The notes under the pieces are model-generated. The model ran no database searches. It saw nothing but the letters and a program-made list of their open reading frames with translations, and was not told the origin of the DNA. A stretch of DNA of 64,000 nucleotides from Vitrella brassicaformis CCMP3155 (taxonomy: Eukaryota > Protista > Chromerida), in NCBI GenBank assembly GCA_001179505.1, contig CDMY01000646.1:124001-188000 (forward strand), given 5' to 3'. A program made the position numbers and the translations under genes. Positions 1 to 13,196 of the stretch are shown piece after piece. Within the stretch, counting starts at the first letter, position 1. Each line of letters opens with the position of its first letter.

Positions 1-987
1 CCAACGCATTCAACGCCAGACGGGGAGACGTCTTGACACTCACCTGCACCAATCACCCCATCCAAACGCAGATCAGATTGATACTCAATCAACATGTGGA
101 TGTGTGTGCAGTGCAGTGCACACTGACCTGCCAGCCCTGGTCGCACGCGTCGTTCAGCAACTCGAGCACCGCTCCCGATGGACAGTCGCAGCACCACACG
201 AGCTGTGGACTCGACGAGGCGTACCACACCAGCCGGAATTTGTCAACCCACGTCAGGTGGTCGCCCACCCGCCGATGCCGCTCCCACACCGCCGGCACCA
301 CACACTCGGCGTCTCCCACAGACACCGTCCGCGACGTGGCACGCGTCGAGGTCCTGTCGTCTTCTTCACCAATCATGCCATCCAACTCTGCACAATCGCG
401 TGGCTCCTCCGGCCCGTCGGAGGCCGCGTCGAGCGTCTCGATGGTCGGGGCGGGCTGTGGCCTGGCGAGGCGCAGCGGATGGCGGTTCTCGCGTAATGGG
501 TGCGTGACGGACGTGCCGTTGGCCTGCAGTGTGGATGGGCCGTACAGAGGGAGGCTCCGTAGAGTCGGCAAAGATGCCAGAAGGCCTGCAACAGAGAGAG
601 ACATTGATGTGCCTTAAGCATGTCCACAGATGGCGGCAAGATCTGGTCTGGGCGCGATTGGCCGAATGTACCTCTGTTCATCAATCTGCGCCAGAACGTC
701 TCAGACAGGAAGCGCCGCCCAAACCGGTTGCGGCGCACCAACACAGGCCACATGTCCATCTGACAAACAAACAAACAAACACACACACACACAGAATTGC
801 CAATGCACACATGCTGTCTGTCATCGCTCGGCGAGTGTTGGCGCACCTCTGCTGTGAGTGAGAGGCCCGTGTTGCTGGTCTGCATAAGGACGAAGAGGTC
901 CTTGGCGCAGAGGAACGCCAGCAGCTCGGTGAACAGGGCATCTGGCACGTGCAGGATGCGGTCGGATGGACCCGCTGACGAGCCCAT
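1..987 (-). CDS. F-box-like multi-exon protein; 3' end lies beyond the left edge of the window
   Basis: ATG at 987. Exon 1 reads ILHVPDALFTELLAFLCAKDLFVLMQTS, which resembles an F-box. GT-AG junctions join it in frame to MDMWPVLVRR...FWRRLMNR and GLLASLPTLRSLPL...; a further acceptor lies near 50. Confidence 0.55.
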
Positions 988-1309
988 CTTGCCGCCTCGT
1001 CGTCAAACCCGATGGGTCAAGATGGTGAACGTCCCTCACTCTGCCCGACGGCTGGCGCCAGCCAGGGCTACCAAGCAACCTTTGCCCGGAAGGCGAGCTG
1101 TGAGAGGAAGGCTAAGCTCGCGGGCGCCAGCAGAAGGCGGCGTCCTAGACATTCAGTATGTTCAATACGTGATCCAGAAGCAGGTTATGAAGAGATCTCG
1201 TCTGGTGATGCACACACAGGTGAGTGAGCGCGTTTCCTTCGTCCTGTGTTTTGCATCTCCTGTTGGCTGCTTGCACTGCAGACGCGTCCCATCTGACTGC
1301 GCTCACTCG

Positions 1310-4300
1310 ATGAAGACCTCCACATCAGCGGGGAGGCGGCTTGACCGCATTCATCGACACTTCTCGTCCACCAGTGCTGCCAGGAGGAATGACAAATCAG
1401 CCACTCCCATGGGCTGGCTGTCCATCGGTGACGTATCGACGGCCATCTACAAGCCAGAGCGGCCCTCCCTGGTGCCACGTGGACACCACCTTTTCGGAGA
1501 GGGCTCACACGAGGTGCTGGATCACCACCGGTGGATGCTGCAGAAGGACCTCTCCCAACAGGACATGTGCCTCATCGGTCGGTCAGCTGCACAAAACGGA
1601 CGGGCGGAACAACACCCACACGTGGATGAGATGACCTGATGCATTACACTCCCTTATCCCCTGCGCTTGTCTGACTCACAGGCCCTCCTGGCTCATTCAG
1701 ACGGGAGCTGGTTTTGCGGTTCTGTGAGCTGACGCAGCGGGAGGTGGAGTACCTGTGCATCTCGCGCGACACGTCTGAGGGTGATCTCAAGCTGAGAAGG
1801 GAGCTGGGCGGCAACGCCACCTACTACGAGCAGCAGGCCCCGGTGCGTGCGGCCATCCATGGGCGAGTGCTGCTGATAGAGGGGCTGGAGAAGGCCGAGA
1901 GAAACGTCCTGCCGACGCTCAACAACCTGCTCGAGGTGGCTGACACACACACGGATGAAGCCCACGCACGCCCATCTTGGTCATTTCTGCTCTCTGCTCG
2001 TCTCATCAATCAGAACCGAGAGATGAACCTTGACGACGGCCGCCTTCTCATCAGCGCCGACCGCTATGACGCCCTCACCGACGACGCCTCACGAAACAGC
2101 AAGTCCCACCTGGTCCGTGTCGACCCCCGTTTCCGCGTCATTGCCCTCTGCATTCCCTGCCCACCATATGCTGGCCACCCCCTAGACCCGCCGCTGCGGT
2201 CTCGCTTCCAGTCACGCGTCGTCACCCCGCCCAGCCTCCTCACCCACGATGCGGCCCAAGACGACGGCAGCAGGGAGCTTTTGCAGCGCCTCCAGGGGTC
2301 GTTTGAGGCCCTGCGGCTGATAGAGAATCAATCTCAGTCGCTGGGCGGCATGGGACGGCTCCCGCACGTGTCGTTCGACTGCGGGAGGAGGGTGCTGGGT
2401 CTGGTGTGCCAGCTGCCGGAAGGGGCGCGGCCGAGTGTGTGGGGTGCGATGATGCGATCATGGCCGGCCAAGTGGATGGATCACAACACGGGGCGAGGCA
2501 AGAGGGAAACAGTGGCAGACGGAGAGGCGCAGCCGGCGGTTGAGGAGTCTACGCATGTGGCGACAAGTCGGCGCATCTTTAACCATTTCCAGCTCCCTTC
2601 TGATGCAGCTGCCGATGAAATGACCGCTCTGCCCGGTGCTGTTCGTGCCACACCTGCCGGCGACCATCTATGCCGCATCGACCGGCTGGCCAGCGTGCCG
2701 TGCGGACCATCGTTGGAGCGAGAGAGGGCGTTCGGCCAGGACGATCCGGCTTACGTGACGACAGACGGTGTCCGGAGGCTGCTCAATGGCGTGCTACAGG
2801 ACCATGCGAGCGGCTCAGACGTCTGTCTCATAGGCCCCCCCGGCTGTGGCAAGAGCGCCTTCGTCCGTCAGCTCGGCCGCTTCCTCGGCTACGACGGCAG
2901 CAGCACGGAGCATATCTTTCTTTACGAAGACATGAGCTCGCGCGACCTCCTGTTGCGCCGCATTACCGATGAGGAGGGCCAGACGCGTTGGCAAGAAGGG
3001 CCGCTGGTGAAAGCCGCGAAGGGAGGGAAGCTGCTGGTGCTGGATGGGCTGCAGAGGGTCCCTCCGGATGTGCTCTGCGTGGTCGGCCCTCTGCTGACGT
3101 CGCGGTTCCTTCCTCTGCGGCTGACCGAAGACGGCGAGACTCTTGTGCGCCACGATCGTGCGCAGCAGCACGGAGACGGCTCCATGGTGCCGATCCGCCC
3201 CTCGTTTCGCGTCATCGCTCTGGCCACGCCACCAACCGCCAAGACACGGTGGCTCACAGACGAGGTTGCAACTTACTTCTCTTTCCACGCCTTCCCAGTG
3301 GCCGATCGGTCCGACCTCTCACTCATCCTCTCATCGCGCTTCCCCTCCTGCCCATCGCCGGCGATTGACACACTCGTCAGCATCGCTGACAGACTTGAGA
3401 CATCTGGGCGTGCACAGCTCAACGAAGCCCACCCTCGGCTTTCACTGCGGCAGCTCATCCGCGTGACCAGGGGGCTCTGTGAGCGGAGGGGCAGGGAGGA
3501 CGGTGGTGGGTCGTTGCCTGTCCGTGCTGAGATGGACCGCCTCATCAGGAAGCAGACGCTGTACCCGTTCATGCCCCTGTCGGCCCGAATGCAGCTCGAT
3601 GAGGCTCTGGAGGTGACCAAGTCCCATGCGGGCATGGAGGAATGGGCCGCGGCAGTAGCCAGTGGTGCGAGGGAAGCCCCGTCTCCCCCCTCCCCTGCTT
3701 CGGCCGAGATGGTGCGTGTGGGGTCGATTGAGATGCCTGTGGGTCGGCCGATGAGGCCCGAGCTGGTGCCAAGGGTCACTTTCACCAGCATCGATCGCCA
3801 CCAGAGGGTGCTCGAGGATCTGGCGAGGGACTTCACAAGCGGGGAGAAGCACGTGCTCGTCATCGGTAAGCCAATATCTGCGCTCGGCATGGGGCCGTCC
3901 GTCCGTGTGAGTGTATGATGTGTCTGGTGCTTTGTTGACACACAGGTCCTCAGGGGGTGGGGAAGAACCGGATTGTGGATTATTTCTGCCAGCTGCTGCG
4001 TCTGGAGAGGGAGTACCTCCAGCTGCATCGCGACACCACAGTGCAGGCCCTCACTGTCTTGCCCGCTCTGAGGGACGGCCGCCTCGTATACGACGACTCG
4101 CCACTCGTCAAGTCAGCACCACCACCTCTCACACTCACATGCTGTTGATGCATTCATGTGTGTGCCCTCGTCTTTGTGTCAGAGCGGTGACTCATGGGCG
4201 TGTGTTGGTGGTGGACGAAGCCGACAAGGCGCCTCTGGAGGTGGTGGTGGTGCTCAAGAGCCTGGTGGAGGACGGCACCATGGCCTTGTCTGACGGCCGC

Positions 4301-7300
4301 ACCATTACCGCCCATGAAACCGATGATACCAATGTCGGCAAGACCATCTGTGTGCATCCCGGGTTTCGGATGGTCGTCTTGGCCAACCGACCCGGCTTCC
4401 CATTCCTCGGTATTGTGTGCACCCAGGACGCCACACACACGTGTGTGGAGCAAATGGGTGTGTATGTTTGCTCTGCGTGGGTGTAACTGTGTGTGTGACA
4501 GGTAACGACTTTTTCCGCGAGTGTGGTGATGTGTTTGCGGCCCATCCGCTGGACAACCCCGACACAGAGAGCGAGCTGGAGCTGGTCCGCTCGTACGCAC
4601 CGAGGGTGAGTGAGGGGGTGCTGCGTCAGCTGATCGGGCTCTTCACAGAGCTCCGTACACAAGTGACGGAAGGCCGGCTGTCGTACCCCTACTCCATGCG
4701 GGAGCTCATCAACGTGGCCAAACATCTAGATCGCTTCAACGACCCCCTCCCCACCGTGCTCGAGAACGTCTTCGGCTTCGACCGGTTCGACCCGGTGACC
4801 AAGGAGCTGATGCCGATCTTTGCACGACACGGCATCCCGACAACCGATTCCACGCGGCACATGACCCTCATGGAACGTGTGAGGCATGCCCTGTCGACCA
4901 TCTCCCTCTCGGCCGTCATGCACCTGAATGAGCCACAGCAGACGGGCCGGGTGGCGCTGCCAGAGTCTGTGCGCGTGCAGGGCGACATGCGTCAGTGGCG
5001 TGTGGTGGGGGGCGATCCGTGGCTGGTGGGGCAGGAGGTGATTGGCGGAGTGGAGGTGCGGGAGCACCCCTTAGGTCCCCCGCAGATACTTCCTGTGGCT
5101 GATTTCGCTGCGTGTCGCACTCATGGGTGAGGGAAAGACAGAGATTGCACATGAGGCACCGGCTACGCGTGCGTGGTGTTGTGTGATGTGGTGTGATGTC
5201 GGCAGGTTCTCGGAAGTGCTGTATCAATGCCGTCTGCCCGTCAACACCGCCAAGGCATCCTCCCTACAGCCCACTCCAGGCTCCTTCGTGTCGGTCGCCA
5301 TGCCGCCCCACGGCCACCCATCCCCCTCCCTCTTTTTCCTCTCGTCATGGCCGCTCACCGTCTTCGCCATGACCGACCCCACACAGCAGCCCCTCATCGG
5401 CCACCCCACCTGCCAGAAGCTCGTCTTGACGCGCAACACATACGGCAGCGGCAGCCCCATGGCGTCTCAGCTGTGGACCGACCAGCTGGCCACTGGCATT
5501 CGCAGGCGGCTCGAGGGGGACCTTCCCTCCTTAGCCCTCCATGTCAACGGCCGGCGTGTCGACATTGGCGCGCCGCAGCTGGCATGGATTGCCGGCATTG
5601 ACCGTCTGGTGGTGCACAACCCCTCTGAGCCAGGAGTGCCGCCACTGCTGCTACTCAATGCCATGGAGAATGCCGGTGGGCGGACCACCGCTGCATCGGA
5701 GGGCGGGCCAGAGGGCGCACTCATGGCTGAGAGCTGGCGCGTTGGCAGCCTTACCGAGGGAGTGGGAGCGTCTGGATGGCTGCGCAGCAAGGACAGCTCC
5801 GCCCGATTCTTCACTCTAGTGCCGATACAAGGACAGGCAGAGCCGTCGACACCAACAAGCGCATATCATCCGGCGGATTGCGCCATGTTCGTGTCGGCGA
5901 CGCAGCGGCTGCTGATACAGGTGGACTTCAGAAGTCGGCAAGCGAGGCAGATTGCCCTCCAGACGGACGAGGCGCAACCGACGGTAATCGACATATCGGC
6001 GTGGAGCGGCCGTGTCGATGACGCGCCTGCGACCCTCGTGTCTGTCAATGGCAAGATCCTGTTGCTGCCGAGCGGATCAGACAGGGGTGCGTGTGTCGAG
6101 CTGGAAGTGGCGATGCGGTCGATCGGCCCGATCGGTGCTCTCCCTGGGTCCATTGCGACCTATCAAGACGATCGAGCCGTTCATTTGGCGCACTCTGTGA
6201 AAGGCGATGAGGCCATCCTCAGCTACACACCCCCGAGCACAGCAGAGCCCAGCGGCAGTGTCGTCAAGCAGCCACTTCGTCTGCCGATGGCCAAACTGCT
6301 TCGGTCACCTGATGGGTGGCAGTACCAGCACTCTCTCGTCGCAACAGATGGCTCAAGGGTCGTCAATCTCTTCACCACCAACACCAAGACCGAGAGCAGC
6401 ACCAGCAGTCCTGCAGTGATGGAAGTAGTGAGCCTGGCGGACCGCACGGTCACCTCTGTCGACACATCGGCAGCAGCAGCAGGAGCAGCAGCCAGCCCTC
6501 CCCCTCACACCCACCCCACAGGCGCAGCTCGGGCCAAGTACCAGCAGAAGCAGGCAGACGCAGTGGTTGGCGTGTGGGAGCTGCACGGCACCCACTTTCT
6601 GACCATCACCGCCAACGGCGAAGTCCGGTGGTACCAGGTGGCCGATGCGGCTCTGGCCTCCGCCCTCATGGACTATCTAACCGTCCGTGGTGCGCTGCCT
6701 GGGCACATCAAACACCACACCAGCAGGGGAGTGGAGAGCATCATCCGGCAGCTCCATGAGGCGATCGCCGACAGTGAGAGGAGAGGTGGAGGGGCGTCTG
6801 GTGACACTGGCGGTGGGGAGGCGAAGCAGGCCCTGAGGATGGAGTTCACCCGCAACAAGGATCGTCCTGTGACGGCACCGAAGCACGGCATAGACGACGG
6901 CAAGGAGCACGTCGGCGGCGGCACGTTCGCTGGCGGCACAGGTGACACACTCACGCCCTCACAGAGGGGACTGACCACACGCGCACCCAAACACGCATTT
7001 GGTGTGTCATGCATGCAGGCGGCTCCGACACAGCCGGGCTCGGCGGAAAGGGCGGCCCGTATCGGCTGGATAAGGGTTTCGACGTCCACCAGCTGGCCGA
7101 CGACGCCAAACACAACATCTCGCTGGAGGCGCAGAAGGCCGCGCGTGATGCGGGCAGGGAGGCCCTTCGGAAGCGGCTTGACGAGATCAAGATGTCCGAG
7201 AGAGACCTGGACCTCTACCTGCGGCTGAAGGAGGGCGTCAGCCAGGAGATAATGCAGCTTAGACAGGTGGGTGGGAGGGAGGGTATGACGCAGACACGTA

Positions 7301-8252
7301 TGGATCTCCTTCCTCTCTGTGTGCGTGTGAGTGCAGATACTGGCGGAGGCCGAAGCGAAGCAGAAGGAGCGAGTCTGGCAGGTGGGTGAGAGCGGCGAGC
7401 TCGACGACAGGCGACTCGTCGACGCACTCACGGGCGAGAGGAACGTGTGGAAGCGGAGGGCCGAGCGACCGGAGAACCCCCTATTCACCCCACTGCCCAA
7501 GCGCATATCCTTCGTCTTCGACGTCTCGGCTTCCATGTACAGGTGGGTGGGTACCTGCAGAGATGCCCTCGCGCACTCACAAACGTGCAAGGGCCCATCT
7601 CTCTCTCTCCGGTGCCAAGCAGGTTCAATGGGTACGACAGCCGACTGCACCGTCTGCTCGAGACAGCCGCCATGTTGCTGGAGAGCCTCTTCTCGCAGAC
7701 GGCCGACCAGTCACGGCACAAGTTCGACATAGAGATTAGCGGCCACAACGGCGACAACGCGGCCATCCCGTTCGTCCCCTTTGGGCAGCAGCCGGAGGCC
7801 ACTGAGACTGAGATGGGCCGGCTGCGTGTGTTGGAGAGCATGTATGCCTGTGCCCAGTACTGCTCTGCCGGCGACAGCACGCTCGAGGCCATCAGGCAGG
7901 CCATGCAGCGCGTGACGGCCCAGGAGGCCGACGACCACCTTGTCATCTGCTTCAGCGACGCCAACATCGACCGGTCGGCACGCCATCGGCTGTGTGTGCT
8001 TCATTGGGGCATGTCGGTCTGTGTGTGTGTGTGTGTGTGTGCAGGTATGGGATAACTCCCGAGCTGCTGAATTCGACGCTCATGAGCGATGCGCGTGTGC
8101 ACGCCGTGTGCGTGTTCATAGCGGGGTTGGGCGGCCAGGCCGAGAAGTTCGCCGATGCGATAATGGCTGGGAGGGCTGTGGTGTGCAAGAACACCAGAGA
8201 CCTGCCCGTGCTGATTAAGGACATTCTGGCGGCCAGCGCAGAGGCTCAGTAG
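1310..8252 (+). CDS. VWA8: von Willebrand factor A domain-containing protein 8 (multiple MoxR-like AAA+ modules plus C-terminal vWA), probable mitochondrial presequence
   Basis: Spliced motifs RWMLQKDLSQQDMCLIG, EGLEKAERNVLPTLNNLLE|NREM, Walker A GPPGCGKS, VDEADKAPLEV, YPYSMRELINVAKHL, HVGGGTFAGGT|GGSDTAGLGGKGGPYRLDKG and MIDAS FVFDVSASMYR. Arg/Ser-rich N-terminus. TAG at 8250-8252. Confidence 0.93.
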
Positions 8253-8313
8253 TAGAGATCGTGATGTGACGCAGACAGACAGACAGGCAGGTAGGTAGGC
8301 GTGTGTGTATATG

Positions 8314-9900
8314 TTAGGTCTTTAGGGTCTGTTTGTACTTTTGATGGAGGGCGCACACATCATTTGACTTGATGAGACGTGAGTGAGCCCGTGTAAGCAT
8401 AAATGTTCGCTGTCTGTCTGCATAGAAACCACACAGCCTCAACTCCATCCTACTATCGCGCCTAGCGCTATATGCTGCGTTCAGAGTTCCCTGTACGAGG
8501 AGAGCATCTCTCGCGACCTGGCCATTAGCTTCTCCTTGTCGAATCTCACAGGCACTCCTGCATATGCAGGCAACAGTGCATTTGATGCAGTCAGTGCACA
8601 TGGGCTGCTCTTTATCCCTTATACCGCCTTGGATCGCCTGTCCGACCAGCCCCCGATCTTTCGCGGACATGCAGACAACCAGACAGACACGCGGGAAGTT
8701 GGTGTGTATGTGTGTGTGTATGTGTGTTTGCATGTATGTGTGTGGGGGGGGGGGGGGGGGGGGGGGGGGGGNNNNNNNNNNNNNNNNNNNNNNNNNNNNN
8801 NNNNNNNNNNNNNNNNNNNNNNNNNNNNNNNNNNNNNNNNNNNNNNNNNNNNNNNNNNNNNNNNNNNNNNNNNNNNNNNNNNNNNNNNNNNNNNNNNNNN
8901 NNNNNNNNNNNNNNNNNNNNNNNNNNNNNNNNNNNNNNNNNNNNNNNNNNNNNNNNNNNNNNNNNNNNNNNNNNNNNNNNNNNNNNNNNNNNNNNNNNNN
9001 NNNNNNNNNNNNNNNNNNNNNNNNNNNNNNNNNNNNNNNNNNNNNNNNNNNNNNNNNNNNNNNNNNNNNNNGGGGTGGGGGGGGTGTGGTTGTGGGATGC
9101 TCACAGTGTTCATAAGCCATGCTTTTCCACTTTTGCAGCCCCTGAAGAGCCTCCTGGGCCTGCTGCAAATCTGAATCATCTGGGCTACACACATACACAC
9201 ACCACATGCCTCACGCACGAGCACACGGCTTACTTACTGCCTGTCCTGCAGCGTCGCCAGTTTCGCCTTGATGCCGCGTTCTTTCTCGTCTATCTGGTCG
9301 AGTTGCTTCTCGAGCTCATCAATCAAGAACTGGATTAGAAAGGCGCCTGTATGGGCGGGGCTCCAGTGCAGTGGAACAGACACCTGCAAAAGAATGAACG
9401 AATCAAGACACTGCACACACATACGGTACACGCCTCCTCACCTGCGCACTCGGCCGACCAACGGTAACCGCATCATCAGACTTGACTCTCACCTGCCCAA
9501 CCTCAACCGAAGTCTTGTTGCCATCCACACACAGAGATAATTGTATGTCGACCGACAAGACGACGGGAGAGCCAGAAGCCGCTCCATTGCCTTTCAAAGG
9601 CTCAGTCGTGCCCGTGTCGACCTGCATGCACTCAGGTGTGACCGCAGCTCTTGAAGGTGCTGTAGGCATGATGTGTCTGTGCTTACGGCTGCATGGACGG
9701 CGCCTCCACCCTTCTGCCCGCGGAGTTATGGCCTCCTGGTCAAGCGATGCACGTGCTGGTGTGGACGGGCGGTTGGCCACGGTGACAACGCGAGGAAAGA
9801 GGTGCTTGTGGCTGTGGGTGTGGCTGCAGACAGTGCTGGTGTTTGCAGTAGATGCGCAAGCAGGTGAACGGTGGCAATGGCCATGACGCACATCAACTGC
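8314..9900 (-). CDS. Hypothetical multi-exon protein with a coiled-coil segment; ends uncertain, spans an assembly gap
   Basis: Splice-bounded exons VDGNKTSVEVGQVRVKSDDAVTVGRPSAQ, VSVPLHWSPAHTGAFLIQFLIDELEKQLDQIDEKERGIKAKLATLQDR and PDDSDLQQAQEALQGLQKWKSMAYEH. No family recognised. Confidence 0.4.
8772..9071. other. Assembly gap (300 N) flanked by G-rich runs
   Basis: Exactly 300 N after a long G homopolymer. Confidence 0.99.
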
Positions 9901-10341
9901 AGTGCAGGCAGACAGACAGACGGGCAATCACAGAAACAAGCGCGACACAAACACGATGATGTACAGTATGTCCTTCCTTCTTGGATGCCGTTGGTGTGTC
10001 ATAGTGCTTTTGTTTTGTGTGTCCATACCCTCTGAAAGCCCAGCCGGCATGCAATTAAGTCCGCAGACAGACGTCTCACTCAGCCACTGCCACCGGGCAC
10101 AGGACTCATAGATCTCCTCTGAAAGCAAAGCGTTCGGTCCTTCTCGCCATCAGCACACGACAGAGCCCGACAGGTGAGAGGCGTGTGCTTTCTGGTGCTT
10201 GGAAGCTAAGCTCGCACCTGAGACCTCTTTGGCGAGAAGGAGCTCATCGACGTATCAGCGCGTTCGTCCCTGCTCCTTCGTCGATCCCCATCGCTCTCCC
10301 GTCCACTCCCGGCCGCGCATCTGTCCCTCTCGCCTGCCGCC

Positions 10342-11565
10342 ATGCCTGTGCTGCTGACGGCGTTCGCTGTCAGTGTGGGAGGGAAGCTCATAGCCCTCGC
10401 CACGAGCAAGGCCGCCATCGGCTTCGCGGCCTTCTATTTGGGCTGGCAGGGGAGCGGCATCGCCGACAAGGCCGTCGAGAAGGCGCTGGACACCTGGAAG
10501 CACCTCAATGGCGAGAGATCCGCCTCCCCCCCGGCCGACTCTCCCGCTCCCTCACCGCCTGGCCCACCACCTTCACCATCGGCCGCCGCCCCACCGACCC
10601 GGGACCCCCTCAGACGGCCGCCCAAGACGTTTGCCTCCGCGGAATGCCTCATTCCCCTTGACGGCAAAGATGGCGGCACTGAGGACGCCGCGTGCCACCA
10701 CAACGAGGCCGGCGTCATCGCCATCGCTGACGGAGTGTCGGACATCAAGCCGTGTTACGGCTTCTCGGCCCGTCTGCTCTCCAGATGGCTGATGAGCCGC
10801 ATTCGGGAGGTCGCCCCGCTGTACGCCATCAGTCGCTGGACTGAGAACCGCGCCGTCGACATCCTGCTGCATGTGTGGGGCGAGAGGGCCCTGGGGGAGG
10901 GCCAGCGAGGCGCCTGCACCGTGGTTGTGGTGGCCATGGTGCGGGATTCGTGGATCGACATCGACAACCTCCACGTGGCGGCCTGGGGCGACTCGGTGGC
11001 GCTGCTGCTGCGTCGGGACCGGTTCGGCAAGCTCTTCATCCTCTACAGGAGCGGGATCATGGTGGAGCCGAGCCTCCCGGACGTGCCGGTGCAGCTCAGC
11101 GCCCTCCCCCGGACAGTCGGCTGGACAACCACGACGAGAGTGAACCCCTCGCCGGCCGTTCTCCGCCGCAGCCTGCAGCAGCTCAAGTGGAGCGTCCAGG
11201 AGGGCGACCTGCTCCTGGCGATGACGGACGGCGTGAACGACAACCTGTTCCACGAGCAGATCGAGAGCGTTGCCAACCAGTACGAGCCGTACGCCGAGCC
11301 AGCCGTCATCGCACAGGCCATCTGCGAGGCCGCCCACAGCCACAGCGTCACACCCACCAGCGTCACCCCCTTTGGCACGCTCCGACATCGACATGGGGGG
11401 AAACCTGACGACATTTCAGTGGGGGCGGCCTGGGTGCGGCGAGCGGCAGGTGGCGATGACGCAGCATATGCGGCAGCACAACAAGAGTTGGTGCCCCGAT
11501 GGCTGTGGCCCCAGCCGCCGAGGGACAGAAGGAGGGAGAGGGGGGAGCGGGCGAGGGATAGATAG
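10342..11565 (+). CDS. PTC7: PTC7-like PP2C/PPM protein phosphatase, single exon, 407 aa
   Basis: PPM metal-binding motifs EDA, IADGVS, WGDS, AMTDGVNDNLF and GGKPDDISV in one uninterrupted ORF; hydrophobic N-terminus followed by a Pro-rich linker. Confidence 0.88.
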   Translation: MPVLLTAFAVSVGGKLIALATSKAAIGFAAFYLGWQGSGIADKAVEKALDTWKHLNGERSASPPADSPAPSPPGPPPSPSAAAPPTRDPLRRPPKTFASAECLIPLDGKDGGTEDAACHHNEAGVIAIADGVSDIKPCYGFSARLLSRWLMSRIREVAPLYAISRWTENRAVDILLHVWGERALGEGQRGACTVVVVAMVRDSWIDIDNLHVAAWGDSVALLLRRDRFGKLFILYRSGIMVEPSLPDVPVQLSALPRTVGWTTTTRVNPSPAVLRRSLQQLKWSVQEGDLLLAMTDGVNDNLFHEQIESVANQYEPYAEPAVIAQAICEAAHSHSVTPTSVTPFGTLRHRHGGKPDDISVGAAWVRRAAGGDDAAYAAAQQELVPRWLWPQPPRDRRRERGERARDR

Positions 11566-13196
11566 GCAGGCCACTGAGTGAGGCCGGCGATTTCTCAGGC
11601 ATTCGTTTTGTCGGTCAATCAAGAGGGAGGAGGGTCGGGGGGAGGGTGCGATGGGGTCGGTTGGTTGGTGCGCATGAGAAGAGGCCGGGAATGTGGCAGA
11701 TAGAAACAGCCAGGCCGGAGGTCACGTGCGGGGAGCTCGCGGTGAGGGAACGAGTTGCGCGAGTGTGCGGCCAGTCAGAGGGTAAGTGCCTGTGCTGTGG
11801 GATTAAGTCTGTCGGTCTGTTTGTCTGTCCTTGTCTGTGTTAGCATTCATTCGGCATTTTGTCGGTCTGTTTCCTCTTTCGGTCGCCGTTTTGCTTTCGA
11901 TTCGTTTTGCTTTCGATTCGTCAATCAAGTGGAAGTGAATGGGGCAGGGGTAGGGCAGTTTGTTCGTCGGACAGATGCGGGTGTGCATCGTTTGTGTGGA
12001 CTCAATCGCTGGGGCTGCGGGTCAATGGATTATGTAATGACATCAATTCAGTGTCAGCCAGTGTTCATCGGGCATCTCCGCCATCCATGTAGGATTGGGA
12101 ATGCATGAGTCAGACCTCGTCCAATCAGATCATTCATTGTCAACTCCGTGTCTCTTGTCAAGTCGGTGTGTGTCCCACCCACCCACCCACGCACGGGCCC
12201 ACCACATGACACAACCATCACATGACACAACCACGACGACTCTCTCCCCGTGTGCCCGTGTGTGTGTGACCTGCCTTGCCGCTTCGAGCAGGCAGCAACA
12301 CGAAAGGCACCACGCACACGAATAGGTGCTCTCTCTGCACCACCCAAACCCAATGGTGTGTGTGATGTGACACTACCAGTCTTCTTGGCCCCGCCGATGG
12401 ATATGGTCTTCTTGCCTTACTGATTCGAGCAGGCAGGAAGGCCATACCCAAGGTCAAGCTGAAGACCAGGCAGGCGTCACCCACATACGCTTTTACACGT
12501 CAGATCATGATGCCTGTTCTTGGCTTCTCGCTCCCTGATCCCTTATCACCCACATGTATCTGTCTCTCTCTCAGTATCATACAACACATTTGTGCGAGAA
12601 CCCACCCCCTCCGTCCCTACGTGTGTGTGCGATCGGCTCTCTCGCTTACTTCGTTCCCTCGCTCCACTGGTCGCTCGCTCGCTCGGCACGACTCACTTCA
12701 CCTCACAAGCACATTGACGCGATGAAAAACGTTGTGTCTGTCTGTCTGTCTGGGCACTGAAACACATTGATTGATTGCATCTTGATGCAAAGACCGGCCA
12801 CTAATCAAGCATCACTTATCCACTGAGCACCCACCCGCAGGCACATGGATAGAAATCACTGCCCCGGCCTCTCTCTCTCTCTCCCTTCTCCTTCCTGCAT
12901 TGTGTGTGTGTGGTGTGGCGTCTGTGGTGCAGTGCATGGCACAGACATCCCACCCATTCGCCAGTGACGAGAAAAAAGACGCATTAGGCACATGACAATA
13001 CATACAACACAGCCGGCTGATGAGAGAGTTCGCCCGCAGTGGTAAGCGGGCTCTTCTCTCTCCCACACACACACGCACTGCATCGCACTGACATTACACA
13101 ACGCATCCATCCATCCATCCAACCATCCACTCATGCACTCGTGTATCCTACATGCCCCTCCCCCGGTGAGTGTGGTGTGTGGTGTGTGGTGTGTGT

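Noticed and set aside
1714-3918. 734-aa ORF as a standalone AAA protein
   Set aside because: It is part of VWA8 and reads through an in-frame 78-nt intron (1936-2013); the conserved LLE|NREM motif appears only after splicing.
10573-11394. Antisense ORFs over PTC7, VWA8, the NRPS and others
   Set aside because: Shadow frames of GC-rich coding sequence with no recognisable motifs.
11570-13190. Short ORFs between PTC7 and the PB1-UBA gene
   Set aside because: No coherent splice-linked frame or motif; consistent with convergent 3'UTRs.
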